A program made the translations under genes and the position numbers. This document shows positions 20,253 through 28,483 of a DNA stretch of 64,000 nt, in pieces. This stretch comes from an uncultured bacterium (GTDB lineage Bacteria > Patescibacteriota > Minisyncoccia > Phycocordibacterales > PALSA-1337): contig CAWKEA010000005.1 in the NCBI GenBank assembly GCA_963848635.1, forward strand, positions 426,810-490,809, written 5' to 3'. Each line of letters begins with the position of its first letter. The stretch's first letter is position 1. The notes under the pieces are model-generated. The model did not search any database. It was not told the DNA's origin and saw only the letters and a list, made by a program, of their open reading frames with translations.

Positions 20253-20627
20253 TTACTTACTTGATCCTTCTAAATATTTCATAGAAGTCCTCGCCGCTGG
20301 ATTAGCCAAAAGCCGCTCATGTTCTATCGGTTCACCGGATATCTCGCATATCCCATAGGTGCCCTTGCTTATCTTTTCCAAAGCACTCTCTATGTCCTTG
20401 AGCTGTTTTTCCAATGAGTCGAGTATCCCTTTGTTGTCCCCAAGCTCTTCCATCTTGTCAGCGAGCTCGTTCTCATCGGCTTTATCTATATCCATGTCGT
20501 TGGAGGTAGCGGAAAAGTCTTTCGGATTTCCGGGGTCTGCACTGCCGACGCTCCGGATCTCTTCTTCTAAGAGAGATTTCTCCGTCTCCAATTTCTTTTT
20601 GAAAAATTCCGTGTCTTTTTTATTCAT
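20253..20627 (-). CDS. DksA/TraR family protein
   Basis: 124 aa with coiled-coil N-terminus and acidic tip. C-terminal GTYGICEISGEPI...ANPAA resembles the DksA/TraR zinc-finger region with a reduced Cys complement. Confidence 0.5.
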   Translation of the reverse strand: MNKKDTEFFKKKLETEKSLLEEEIRSVGSADPGNPKDFSATSNDMDIDKADENELADKMEELGDNKGILDSLEKQLKDIESALEKISKGTYGICEISGEPIEHERLLANPAARTSMKYLEGSSK

Positions 20628-20642
20628 AATGGTACATCTATG

Positions 20643-21608
20643 CTATCGTATAAACGTCTGCTTTTCAAGTCTATTGATAATCTCGGCCAAGGCTTTCTCG
20701 TCGGTCGTAATGACTATAGTGTCATTATTGATGAATGAGTACAGCAAAAGCACGGTTCCGTTGGGCTGAGTGAATGCTCGAACGTCCTTATTTTCAGCCA
20801 CGCCGTCTTCGAAACTGCCTTGTATAAAGTATGAAGCGAGCGTATCCGTGCCGTTCTCCTCAGCCAATTTGTCGGCGTAGCCGAATATATTCATAAAATC
20901 TTCCGGCATCGTAGTTTCCCATGTGATCATGCCAGCATAGGCATTTTGGAAAAAATTGTCCGTCAAAATGATGAAAGGAGCGGCTGTGCCGTTATCATCA
21001 TATGTTCCAAGCATCCATGCGTTATTTAAAGATCTTGATAGGATGTCAGGTGCGGATAGACCGAGCAGTGATATAAAATCGCCTGCATTGATGATGCTCT
21101 CAGTCCCGGTGGCCGCTTTTGTAACCAGTATGATCTCTGCTATCGAACCGTCATTATTCCCGACTTTCGATAGAGCATTTTCTACCGCGACTCTCGCCTT
21201 CCCTGGGTCCAAGCCTGTGACCTCAAGGGTTTTTTGTGTATCGGGCGCAATGATGCTTGGAATGACAGTCGACTCCGCAACTACGGGAGCCGATGGAGCC
21301 AGAGGGCTTTGCAGATAGAAATAATAAGCTCCGCCGATTCCGAGGATGACAAGAGCAATGCTTGCGATGATTATGTATATTTTTTTACCAAAGCTCCCTG
21401 ATTTGTTTTTCAGCTCAGCAGGAGCTTTTTTTGTCTGTTCGGCTATGACGATAGAAGCAACGGAAGTGTTTTTATTCTCAATAGCTTCCTGTATATCGCC
21501 TTCAAGCGTACGCAAGGCTTTTTGCCGCGTATAAACCTGTTTTTTGCGCTCTTCTTCGCTTGTTTGCTCGGTCAGCGCATTTAGTGGATGTTCTTCTTCC
21601 GGATTCAT
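20643..21608 (-). CDS. Hypothetical single-pass membrane protein
   Basis: 321 aa. Acidic N-terminal segment, one TM (IYIIIASIALVILGIGGAYYF), extracellular domain. Confidence 0.4.
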   Translation of the reverse strand: MNPEEEHPLNALTEQTSEEERKKQVYTRQKALRTLEGDIQEAIENKNTSVASIVIAEQTKKAPAELKNKSGSFGKKIYIIIASIALVILGIGGAYYFYLQSPLAPSAPVVAESTVIPSIIAPDTQKTLEVTGLDPGKARVAVENALSKVGNNDGSIAEIILVTKAATGTESIINAGDFISLLGLSAPDILSRSLNNAWMLGTYDDNGTAAPFIILTDNFFQNAYAGMITWETTMPEDFMNIFGYADKLAEENGTDTLASYFIQGSFEDGVAENKDVRAFTQPNGTVLLLYSFINNDTIVITTDEKALAEIINRLEKQTFIR

Positions 21609-21822
21609 GCTGGTTATTATATCCTATCGTCGGTTTTTCATAGAATCGAGATTTCTTCAGTCGATGATAAAAAATCCATCAGCGGTATCCTTGATGTCTT
21701 GCAGAAAAGCTCCGAGACATAGTGCATGTATAATAAATTACGATACTTTCGGATGGCACTACGCGAGCGAAAGCAAACTGATATGGATGTGGCCGCCAGA
21801 CAAAGGAGATGGAAAGAAGTCT

Positions 21823-22341
21823 CTATTTCCTGCCGCCTGTTCGCATTATGTATTTACTGGCATTCTGATCGAGATCGGTGAAATGGTCTGTTGCTTCGAT
21901 GAGCTTGGCCGAGGTTGATTTGCCAAACGAGACGACTTCAACCTGGCATCCATTGCCCTGGAGATATTTGACGAGCGGTATGAAGTCGCCATCGCCTGCG
22001 ACGATGATGACCGTGTCGAGCTTTGGTGCGAGGCAGACTGCATCGATTGCCAAGCCGACGTCCCAGTCGGCTTTTTTTGCACCTGATCCGAAAATCTGCA
22101 AATCTTTTATCTTTGTTTCGATGCCCATATTGTTCAAGGCATCAAAAAAAGCGTTTTCCTCACCCGATTCAGTGGCTATGACATAAGCCATGGCCCGTAC
22201 GAGCCTGCGGCCAGCGAGGGCATCCTTTACTATCTGGCCGAAATTGACCCGCGCTCGGTAGAGATTTTTTGCGCTGTGATACAGATTCTGCGCGTCGATG
22301 AAAATTCCGACGCGCTGTTCTTTGTGTTTTATGACTGACAT
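21823..22341 (-). CDS. NYN-domain (LabA-like) protein
   Basis: GIFIDAQNLYHS ... IVAGDGDFIPLV motifs characteristic of NYN/LabA nuclease-like proteins. Confidence 0.7.
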   Translation of the reverse strand: MSVIKHKEQRVGIFIDAQNLYHSAKNLYRARVNFGQIVKDALAGRRLVRAMAYVIATESGEENAFFDALNNMGIETKIKDLQIFGSGAKKADWDVGLAIDAVCLAPKLDTVIIVAGDGDFIPLVKYLQGNGCQVEVVSFGKSTSAKLIEATDHFTDLDQNASKYIMRTGGRK

Positions 22342-22392
22342 TAAAATTATTTCTTAAATCTTATAAAAATGCTCGAGTGGCCTCGAGCCGGT

Positions 22393-22478
22393 AAAGTCCT
22401 TGAAGTCGTAAAGTCTGTAAAGCGAATGCAAGCATTCCTGACTTTATGGACTTTATAAACTTTTTGACTTTATAGACT
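22393..22478. repeat. Dispersed palindromic intergenic repeat, copy B
   Basis: gtaaagtccttgaagtcgtaaagtc...gactttatggactttataaactttttgactttatagac. Shares the gactttat / taaagtc words and arrangement with copies A and C. Confidence 0.45.
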
Positions 22479-22483
22479 GCTAT

Positions 22484-22750
22484 CTATTTCTTCAAATCGA
22501 GCTTCTTCACGATGACGGAATAGCGCTTTGGAGACTTCTTCTTCAAGTAGTTCAAATGCGACTGGCGGTCGGCGACCATGCCCAAAAGACCGCGGCGAGA
22601 GTGGTTGTCTTTCTTGTGCTTCTTGAGATGATCAGCCAATTCATCGATCCTTTTCGAGAGGATGGCGACCTGGACCTCAGGCGAGCCTGTGTCCTTGTCG
22701 TGAATGGCTGTCTCCTTGATTATCTTTGCCTTTTGTTTTACTGAAATCAT
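22484..22750 (-). CDS. rpsO: 30S ribosomal protein S15
   Basis: [14 protein letters not shown]...HLK.HKKD.HSRRGLL.MV..R..LL.YL signature. The ORF extends to 22807; start placed at internal Met to give about 88 aa. Confidence 0.8.
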   Translation of the reverse strand: MISVKQKAKIIKETAIHDKDTGSPEVQVAILSKRIDELADHLKKHKKDNHSRRGLLGMVADRQSHLNYLKKKSPKRYSVIVKKLDLKK

Positions 22751-22955
22751 TGTGCCGTCTACGATAGCATGAAAAGGTTTTTCGTGCAAATTCGACTTTA
22801 AATGCACTTTAAAAATGGAAAAATATTAATTTTGATGTGCTTTACGTCGTTTTAACTCCTCAACCGCAAGGTTTCGGTTCTCTGCTTATCCTAAACACAA
22901 AATATAATCGCAAAATTTATCCGTGCCACCCATGGAGGTGTCTTTTTTGAGGCAT

Positions 22956-22981
22956 GTTTACAATGTATATACATTGTAAAC
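22956..22981. promoter_or_regulatory. 26-bp perfect palindrome in the rpsO upstream region
   Basis: GTTTACAATGT-ATAT-ACATTGTAAAC. It is flanked by the direct repeat tgccacc(c)catgga at 22924 and 23000. Confidence 0.3.
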
Positions 22982-23245
22982 AACAGTAAAAAAGATATGC
23001 CACCACCCCATGGACTTCATTGATTAGTTCAAGTGGAACTGATTGACATTGCTAATGTCCGACCTTCGTATTACTGCACTTGTTATATTGGATTCAAAAT
23101 GAATCCAATAATTCTGTGAAGGAAAAGTGGTAATAAGTCGCATAGAAGATTGCCAAGATCACCTCTATATATTAATCAGACACTTATTCTTCTCTTCAAA
23201 AAGATGACAAGAAAATTGTCGACTTTTGAAAACACATAAAAATAA

Positions 23246-23279
23246 TTGCCTCCCCCGAGAACTTTCTCAAGGGAGGCAA
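23246..23279 (-). terminator. Rho-independent terminator-like hairpin downstream of the small ORF
   Basis: ttgcctccc / gggaggcaa 9-bp stem with 16-nt loop, followed on the minus strand by a T-rich run. Confidence 0.35.
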
Positions 23280-23292
23280 GCCGTCGTCGAGG

Positions 23293-23466
23293 CTACTGGG
23301 TCCCGAGACAGGCGGCGCCGGCGGCCGAGATGCTTTCGTCAGAGATATTCATGGCATTCGGATGGGCCGTGGCGTCGGTGCCGGTGGCCGTGGTGGCGAC
23401 ATTTTTGCGGGAGATCTTCAGGTAATCCAATACGTTCGTACCGATGTTCTTCGGAGGACTCTTCAT
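23293..23466 (-). CDS. Candidate small protein (57 aa), T/A/G-rich, hypothetical
   Basis: Not in ORF track (under 60 aa). ATG at 23464-23466 (minus) is preceded by aaaGGAaaaa. Translation is MKSPPKNIGTNVLDYLKISRKNVATTATGTDATAHPNAMNISDESISAAGAACLGTQ, then stop, then a hairpin terminator. Locally GC-rich against an AT-richer background. Confidence 0.3.
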   Translation of the reverse strand: MKSPPKNIGTNVLDYLKISRKNVATTATGTDATAHPNAMNISDESISAAGAACLGTQ

Positions 23467-23651
23467 TTTTTCCTTTTTGTTGTGCCAATTTAATGGCTGG
23501 TTAATCCGTGCCGGATGATCAATACCAATACTTCTCGCGCCACTCAGCGCGATGTAACGAAGCTCTGTTAAAGGTCATCCTGCCGATATCATAGCACACC
23601 CATTTTTATTGTCAAGTATCTAAAAATATTGTCTCGTCTTACAATAAATCT

Positions 23652-24638
23652 ATGTCGTACAATATCAAAGACCTCAAACAGCAGTTTCTTGAATATATGG
23701 AGATAGAAAAAGGGCGTTCGCTCCGGACGATCATCAATTACGACCATTATATTTCGCGTTTTTTGGATTATGGGAAGGTCAAAGGTGTAGATGATATTAG
23801 CGAGAGCCTTGTCCGTGAGTATCGCCTCTGGCTTAATCGCCAATTGACCGGTCGAAATAAGGCAGATAAGAGCGAAAGTCTTAAAAAGAGGACGCAAAAC
23901 TATCATCTCATCGCTCTGCGCGCTTTTCTCCGATTTCTCGCCAAGCGCAACATAAAAAGCCTGTCGCCCGAGCATATCGAACTCGCAAAGCTCGGCGAGC
24001 GGCATCTTGACCTCATCACACCAGAAGAATTGCGCTCTTTACTCGAAGCACCCGAGAAAATGGTCGACAAAAAATCCGGCAAGATTTCTAACAATCCGCC
24101 AGCTGGTGGCGCCAAAGACGACGAGCTCAAGTCTCTGCGCGACAAGGCCATCCTCGAGCTCCTCTTTTCCACAGGTCTGCGCGTTTCCGAGCTCTGTTCC
24201 CTCACCCGCGACCTCAATCTCAATGCTGACAGCTTCCCTATCCGGGGCAAGGGCGACAAAGTGCGCGTCGTTTTCATCTCCGACGATGCAAAAAATGCCC
24301 TCAAAAAATATCTTGCCAAGCGAGTCGATGTAGACGATGCCCTCTTTATCCGTTTCAATAAGGAAAAGTCCCGCGCCGGCGACCTTGCCCTCGACAAGCG
24401 CTCTATCGAGCGGATCGTGAAGCAGAACGCCATAAAAGCCGGCATCTCAAAGAAAGTCACTCCGCACGTCATTCGTCACTCTTTTGCCACCGATCTCCTC
24501 TCAAATGGTGCCGACCTCCGCTCCGTTCAAATGCTGCTTGGTCATGCGAATATCTCGACGACGCAGATCTATACTCATGTCACTGATACTCAACTTCGCG
24601 ATGTCCACAAGAAGTTTCATGATAAGGGGAGGAAGTAA
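23652..24638 (+). CDS. xerC: Tyrosine site-specific recombinase XerC/XerD family
   Basis: N-terminal SAM-like domain. C-terminal catalytic motifs RHSFATDLL...LGHANISTTQIYTHV (R..H..R..Y). Confidence 0.8.
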   Translation: MSYNIKDLKQQFLEYMEIEKGRSLRTIINYDHYISRFLDYGKVKGVDDISESLVREYRLWLNRQLTGRNKADKSESLKKRTQNYHLIALRAFLRFLAKRNIKSLSPEHIELAKLGERHLDLITPEELRSLLEAPEKMVDKKSGKISNNPPAGGAKDDELKSLRDKAILELLFSTGLRVSELCSLTRDLNLNADSFPIRGKGDKVRVVFISDDAKNALKKYLAKRVDVDDALFIRFNKEKSRAGDLALDKRSIERIVKQNAIKAGISKKVTPHVIRHSFATDLLSNGADLRSVQMLLGHANISTTQIYTHVTDTQLRDVHKKFHDKGRK

Positions 24639-24697
24639 TTTACACATTTGTCTAGTCCAAATATTTTATGATTAGCATATCATTAGACATCGCCTGC

Positions 24698-24725
24698 ACC
24701 ATATTGGTCAATTGACCAATATGGT
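24698..24725. promoter_or_regulatory. 28-bp perfect palindrome (11-bp arms, 6-bp palindromic core): candidate Xer recombination site or bidirectional terminator
   Basis: ACCATATTGGT-CAATTG-ACCAATATGGT, 60 bp downstream of xerC and 14 bp from the end of convergent dinD. Confidence 0.35.
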
Positions 24726-24738
24726 TTCCGTATCATGT

Positions 24739-25506
24739 TTATAACTTATGGATTTTATTTTGCTTCTTGCCTATCGCACGTACTTCCCTCTTCAATTCCC
24801 TGATATGTTTCTCTGACTTTAGATTTTCCGGCATTTCACTACCCAATTCGCCCATCGTTTGTCTCACTTTCTTGCCAACATCGAAATGAGTTTTCCTTGA
24901 ATCAATATCTCCATGTATATTTTCGCGTTTCAATTTTGCTTCGGTTTGAGTGATTCTAAAAATATTCGCACCGAGTTCTTCTGAACCCATATGATCAAGT
25001 AATTTACCTTTCGGTACGTTTTTCTTTGTTTCAACTTGCGCAAGGGGCATTTCGTATAGCCCTTTGTATCCTGCATCGTTGAAAAGACCAAAGTTTGAAA
25101 CCCCAGCTTGTTTGGCGGCGCTAAACAACATTTTATTTTTATCTGTGGCCTCCTGACGTTTACGTAGTCTTTTTTCTGCTTCTGGCAATGAATCAAGTAT
25201 CTCTTGCTTGCGAGTTTGAATTGCAAAGTAAGTTTGAGCCATGGCGATCTCTTGTTTTGTTGGATCTCCATTCTGTGCAATCAAATAGCATGCGAACCTA
25301 CTTAGTTTAAAATCGTCAAGTCTTCTAACGATTCCGTGGCCTATTTGCGTCATTTTACTGATATCAGTAAAATGATCCTGCGGAAATTGTCTGCCATTAA
25401 TACAAGCTTGCTTGGCCTTCTTTATGACATTCTCAAAGAATTGCCATTTAGCATAACCAAGAATTGGATATAGTTCTCTCGCATCATTGAGGATGAGACT
25501 ATCCAC
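24739..25506 (-). CDS. dinD: DNA-damage-inducible protein D
   Basis: Strong similarity to DinD across the protein (DHFTDISKM...LSRFACYLIAQNGDPTK..IAMAQTYFAIQTRKQE; LDHMGSEELGANIFRITQTEAKLKR; THFDVGKKVRQTMGELGSEMPENL). Starts at GTG and lacks the first roughly 25 aa of E. coli DinD. Confidence 0.7.
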   Translation of the reverse strand: MDSLILNDARELYPILGYAKWQFFENVIKKAKQACINGRQFPQDHFTDISKMTQIGHGIVRRLDDFKLSRFACYLIAQNGDPTKQEIAMAQTYFAIQTRKQEILDSLPEAEKRLRKRQEATDKNKMLFSAAKQAGVSNFGLFNDAGYKGLYEMPLAQVETKKNVPKGKLLDHMGSEELGANIFRITQTEAKLKRENIHGDIDSRKTHFDVGKKVRQTMGELGSEMPENLKSEKHIRELKREVRAIGKKQNKIHKL

Positions 25507-25601
25507 AACATGATGCGGCTTATATTCGAGTTGTCTTGGAAATCAAGTGATGTGAAGAAATAATTCGCAACCAACTTCCCTATTTCTGCTATTATATCCA
25601 C

Positions 25602-26399
25602 ATGAAAATAATTTCCTGGAACGTGAACGGCATTCGCGCGGTGGTTAAAAAGGGCTTGTTTGCTCCGTTTGTTGAAAAGTATCGGCCGGATATCCTGTGC
25701 TTGCAGGAAACAAAGGCTGAAAAGGGCCAGGCGATCATAGATATGCCCGGCTACGAGGAATATTGGAATTCTGCAGTGAAAAAGGGCTATTCTGGTACGG
25801 CGATTTTTACTAAGATGAAGCCGATTGCAGTCATAAACGGTCTGCCGGACAAGATTTGCGAGAAATACGGCCTTGTTGCTGACGAATATGGCGATCCTAG
25901 GACTGAAGGCCGCGTTATTGCCGCTGAATTCGAGGATTTCTATGTTGTTACTGTCTACACTCCGAACGCAAAGGACGACCTGTCACGCATTCCCCTTCGC
26001 CACAAGCAATGGGACCCTGCTTTCCTTGCCTATTGCAAAGATCTGGAAAAAAAGAAGCCAGTCGTTTTTTGTGGCGATTTGAATGTTGCGCACACACCAG
26101 ATGATCTCGCGCGTCCAAAAGAAAATGAAGGTGTGAAAGGTTTTACATCGGAAGAACGTGAAGGTTTTCAAAAATTCATAGACGCTGGATTCATCGATAC
26201 GCTTAGAATTTTCCATAAAGGAAATGGTTTTTACACGTGGTGGTCGCACTTTGCAAATGCTAGGGCAAGGAATGTCGGTTGGAGAATCGATTATTTTCTT
26301 GTCTCAAATGTGTTGAAGAATAAGGTCAAAACAGCGGAGATTCACCCGGAAGTCTTGGGTTCGGATCATTGTCCAATAGAATTAGCGTTAGATTTTTAA
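25602..26399 (+). CDS. xth: Exodeoxyribonuclease III
   Basis: MKIISWNVNGIRA...ILCLQETK...SDHCPI; EEP-fold AP endonuclease signature; 265 aa. Confidence 0.85.
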   Translation: MKIISWNVNGIRAVVKKGLFAPFVEKYRPDILCLQETKAEKGQAIIDMPGYEEYWNSAVKKGYSGTAIFTKMKPIAVINGLPDKICEKYGLVADEYGDPRTEGRVIAAEFEDFYVVTVYTPNAKDDLSRIPLRHKQWDPAFLAYCKDLEKKKPVVFCGDLNVAHTPDDLARPKENEGVKGFTSEEREGFQKFIDAGFIDTLRIFHKGNGFYTWWSHFANARARNVGWRIDYFLVSNVLKNKVKTAEIHPEVLGSDHCPIELALDF

Positions 26400-26970
26400 A
26401 GGACGTTATTACCAGGTTAGTTATCCACAGTCATGTCCTTTACAATGTCCTTTAAAGAAGTAATATAAAGGACAGATCGGCAGCGCTCAACCGAGGAATA
26501 GCGCAAAGCCGCAGTACATTAAAGTTCAAAGGGTAGTAGTTTCAGGAAAATCGTCCCCATTTAAGAACAGTAACAAGCTAGTCCTTCTGAGGGTGTTTCT
26601 CATGTAACATCCCTTCTCAAGTAATTTATATTTTTTGTTGGTGATGCATTATGTGCGTCACTCAAAGATCGGACATAGCAAGTTCTTGTTCAAAACCGCG
26701 TTTGTGCGACCATCTGCCGCATATCAACGCGGTTTTTCTTTTCCTTATTATTTAACGTTAGATTAAATTAATCGATTATGAATAATTGAGAGCCCCAAAG
26801 TGTATATAAACAAAAACAGCCTTGTGTAGCCATATTTCGCATAGATTCACAAGAAACAATTCTTGTACTATATTTCACGTGAAACGTAAAATATGCCTAT
26901 TTCGACAAGCGAAGAGCGACGTGGTCGCTTGCGAACATGGCGTCTGAGCGAAGTCGAAAGAACGTACTCG

Positions 26971-28455
26971 TTATTTCACATGAAACTTACCTCTAATTTC
27001 ATCAATTTTCACCTTATTTGCCTCTTTTTCCTTCATTTTCCCCTCTTTGCCAAGTATTTCAAGCTCTTTTTCACCCAATAAATTAAGTTCGGCTGATCTT
27101 TTTTCGAGATATTCTTTGGTATTCAACGTAGGGTTCTCAAGAACCTCTTCGAGCAAAGCATGAAGAATGGCGCCGATTTTCGGTCCAGGTTCGATTCCAA
27201 GGTGCTTTATAAGCTCGGCACCATTCATTTTCAACATTGAAACCGAGATAGGATCTCGTAAAGCCTCTTCGATCATTGCTTGGTATTTTCTGAACCTATA
27301 AGGGCTTTCCTTGGGCCTACCGGTGCCGATTCGATCGCAAATGCGTAGATTCATGAGATCCCAGATGTTTTCACGTCCGACGTTAATGACCATCCTGCGT
27401 ACTGCAGAGAGGGTAATCTTCTCGGGATCAGAGAAAAACATATGCCATCTAACCAATTTGACCACTTTTTCCGTTGTTTTCATGGGAAACCTCAAACGGT
27501 CCATAATTTTCTTTGTTTCACGTGAACCAACCACTTCGTGACCGTAAAACGTTATTTGATGCGTTTCAGGTGAAACACCTGCTGTATTTGGCTTTGCAAT
27601 GTCATGAAACAGGGCAGCGAGGCGTATTTCCAGAGGCCAATCTTTGTCAGCGGCATGTTGTAGAGATCTCAATAAATGTTCCCAGACCTCATAAGCATGA
27701 GCTTGTGGTTGCTTGACACCAATTGATTGTTCAAGTTCGGGAATGAAATGTTTAAGGAGACCTATTTCATGCATCATCTCTATTCCAGCCTTTGGGTTGT
27801 TCGTCATCAATATCTTTGTGAATTCATCACGGATCCTTTCGAACGATATATGTTTCAATAATTCATTATGGCTCTGTATAGCCTTTTTTGTATCAATGTT
27901 TAATGTGAAACCTAGTTGTGTTGCGAGCCTGACCGCGCGCAACATACGCAGGGCGTCCTCACCGAATCGTTCTATAGGACTGCCCACTGTACGAATGATT
28001 TTGTCCTTTATGTCCTTGAAACCACCATACAGATCTACGATGTCCTTTATTGCCCCATCTGAAAGCCGTATCGCGATCGCGTTGATAGTAAAATCGCGGC
28101 GCTTTAAATCGTCCTCGATATTCTTTGCAAAGATCACTTCATCTGGATGCCGATAATCCTGATATTTTCCTTCGAGACGATACGGAGTTACTTCGATTAA
28201 TCTAACGTTTTCATTGCTCGGATTTTCATATACAACGCCGACAGTTCCGAATGAATTCTCGTAAAATGTTTTTGGGAATAGGGAAATGATGTCTTCTGGT
28301 CGAGCATTTGTCGTTATATCCCAATCTTTCGGGATCAGACCAAGCAGAAGGTCGCGAACGCAGCCACCCACGGGATATGCCTCAAAGCCCTTGCTTTCCA
28401 AGGTTTTAACAGTTTCTATGACTTCGGGTGGTATTGGGCTAGTAATTGATTTCAT
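26971..28455 (-). CDS. cca: CCA-adding tRNA nucleotidyltransferase with HD domain
   Basis: AYPVGGCVRDLLLG...DWDITT polymerase-beta motif; C-terminal HD domain (LAALFHDIAKP). Confidence 0.8.
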   Translation of the reverse strand: MKSITSPIPPEVIETVKTLESKGFEAYPVGGCVRDLLLGLIPKDWDITTNARPEDIISLFPKTFYENSFGTVGVVYENPSNENVRLIEVTPYRLEGKYQDYRHPDEVIFAKNIEDDLKRRDFTINAIAIRLSDGAIKDIVDLYGGFKDIKDKIIRTVGSPIERFGEDALRMLRAVRLATQLGFTLNIDTKKAIQSHNELLKHISFERIRDEFTKILMTNNPKAGIEMMHEIGLLKHFIPELEQSIGVKQPQAHAYEVWEHLLRSLQHAADKDWPLEIRLAALFHDIAKPNTAGVSPETHQITFYGHEVVGSRETKKIMDRLRFPMKTTEKVVKLVRWHMFFSDPEKITLSAVRRMVINVGRENIWDLMNLRICDRIGTGRPKESPYRFRKYQAMIEEALRDPISVSMLKMNGAELIKHLGIEPGPKIGAILHALLEEVLENPTLNTKEYLEKRSAELNLLGEKELEILGKEGKMKEKEANKVKIDEIRGKFHVK

Positions 28456-28483
28456 TAGAACTATAGGATATTATACAAATAAC

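Noticed and set aside
23589-24472. Minus-strand ORFs 23589..24005 and 23903..24472 overlapping xerC
   Set aside because: Antisense to the xer recombinase, which has the full R-H-R-Y catalytic signature. Their Arg/Ser-rich composition is typical of reverse-strand artefacts.
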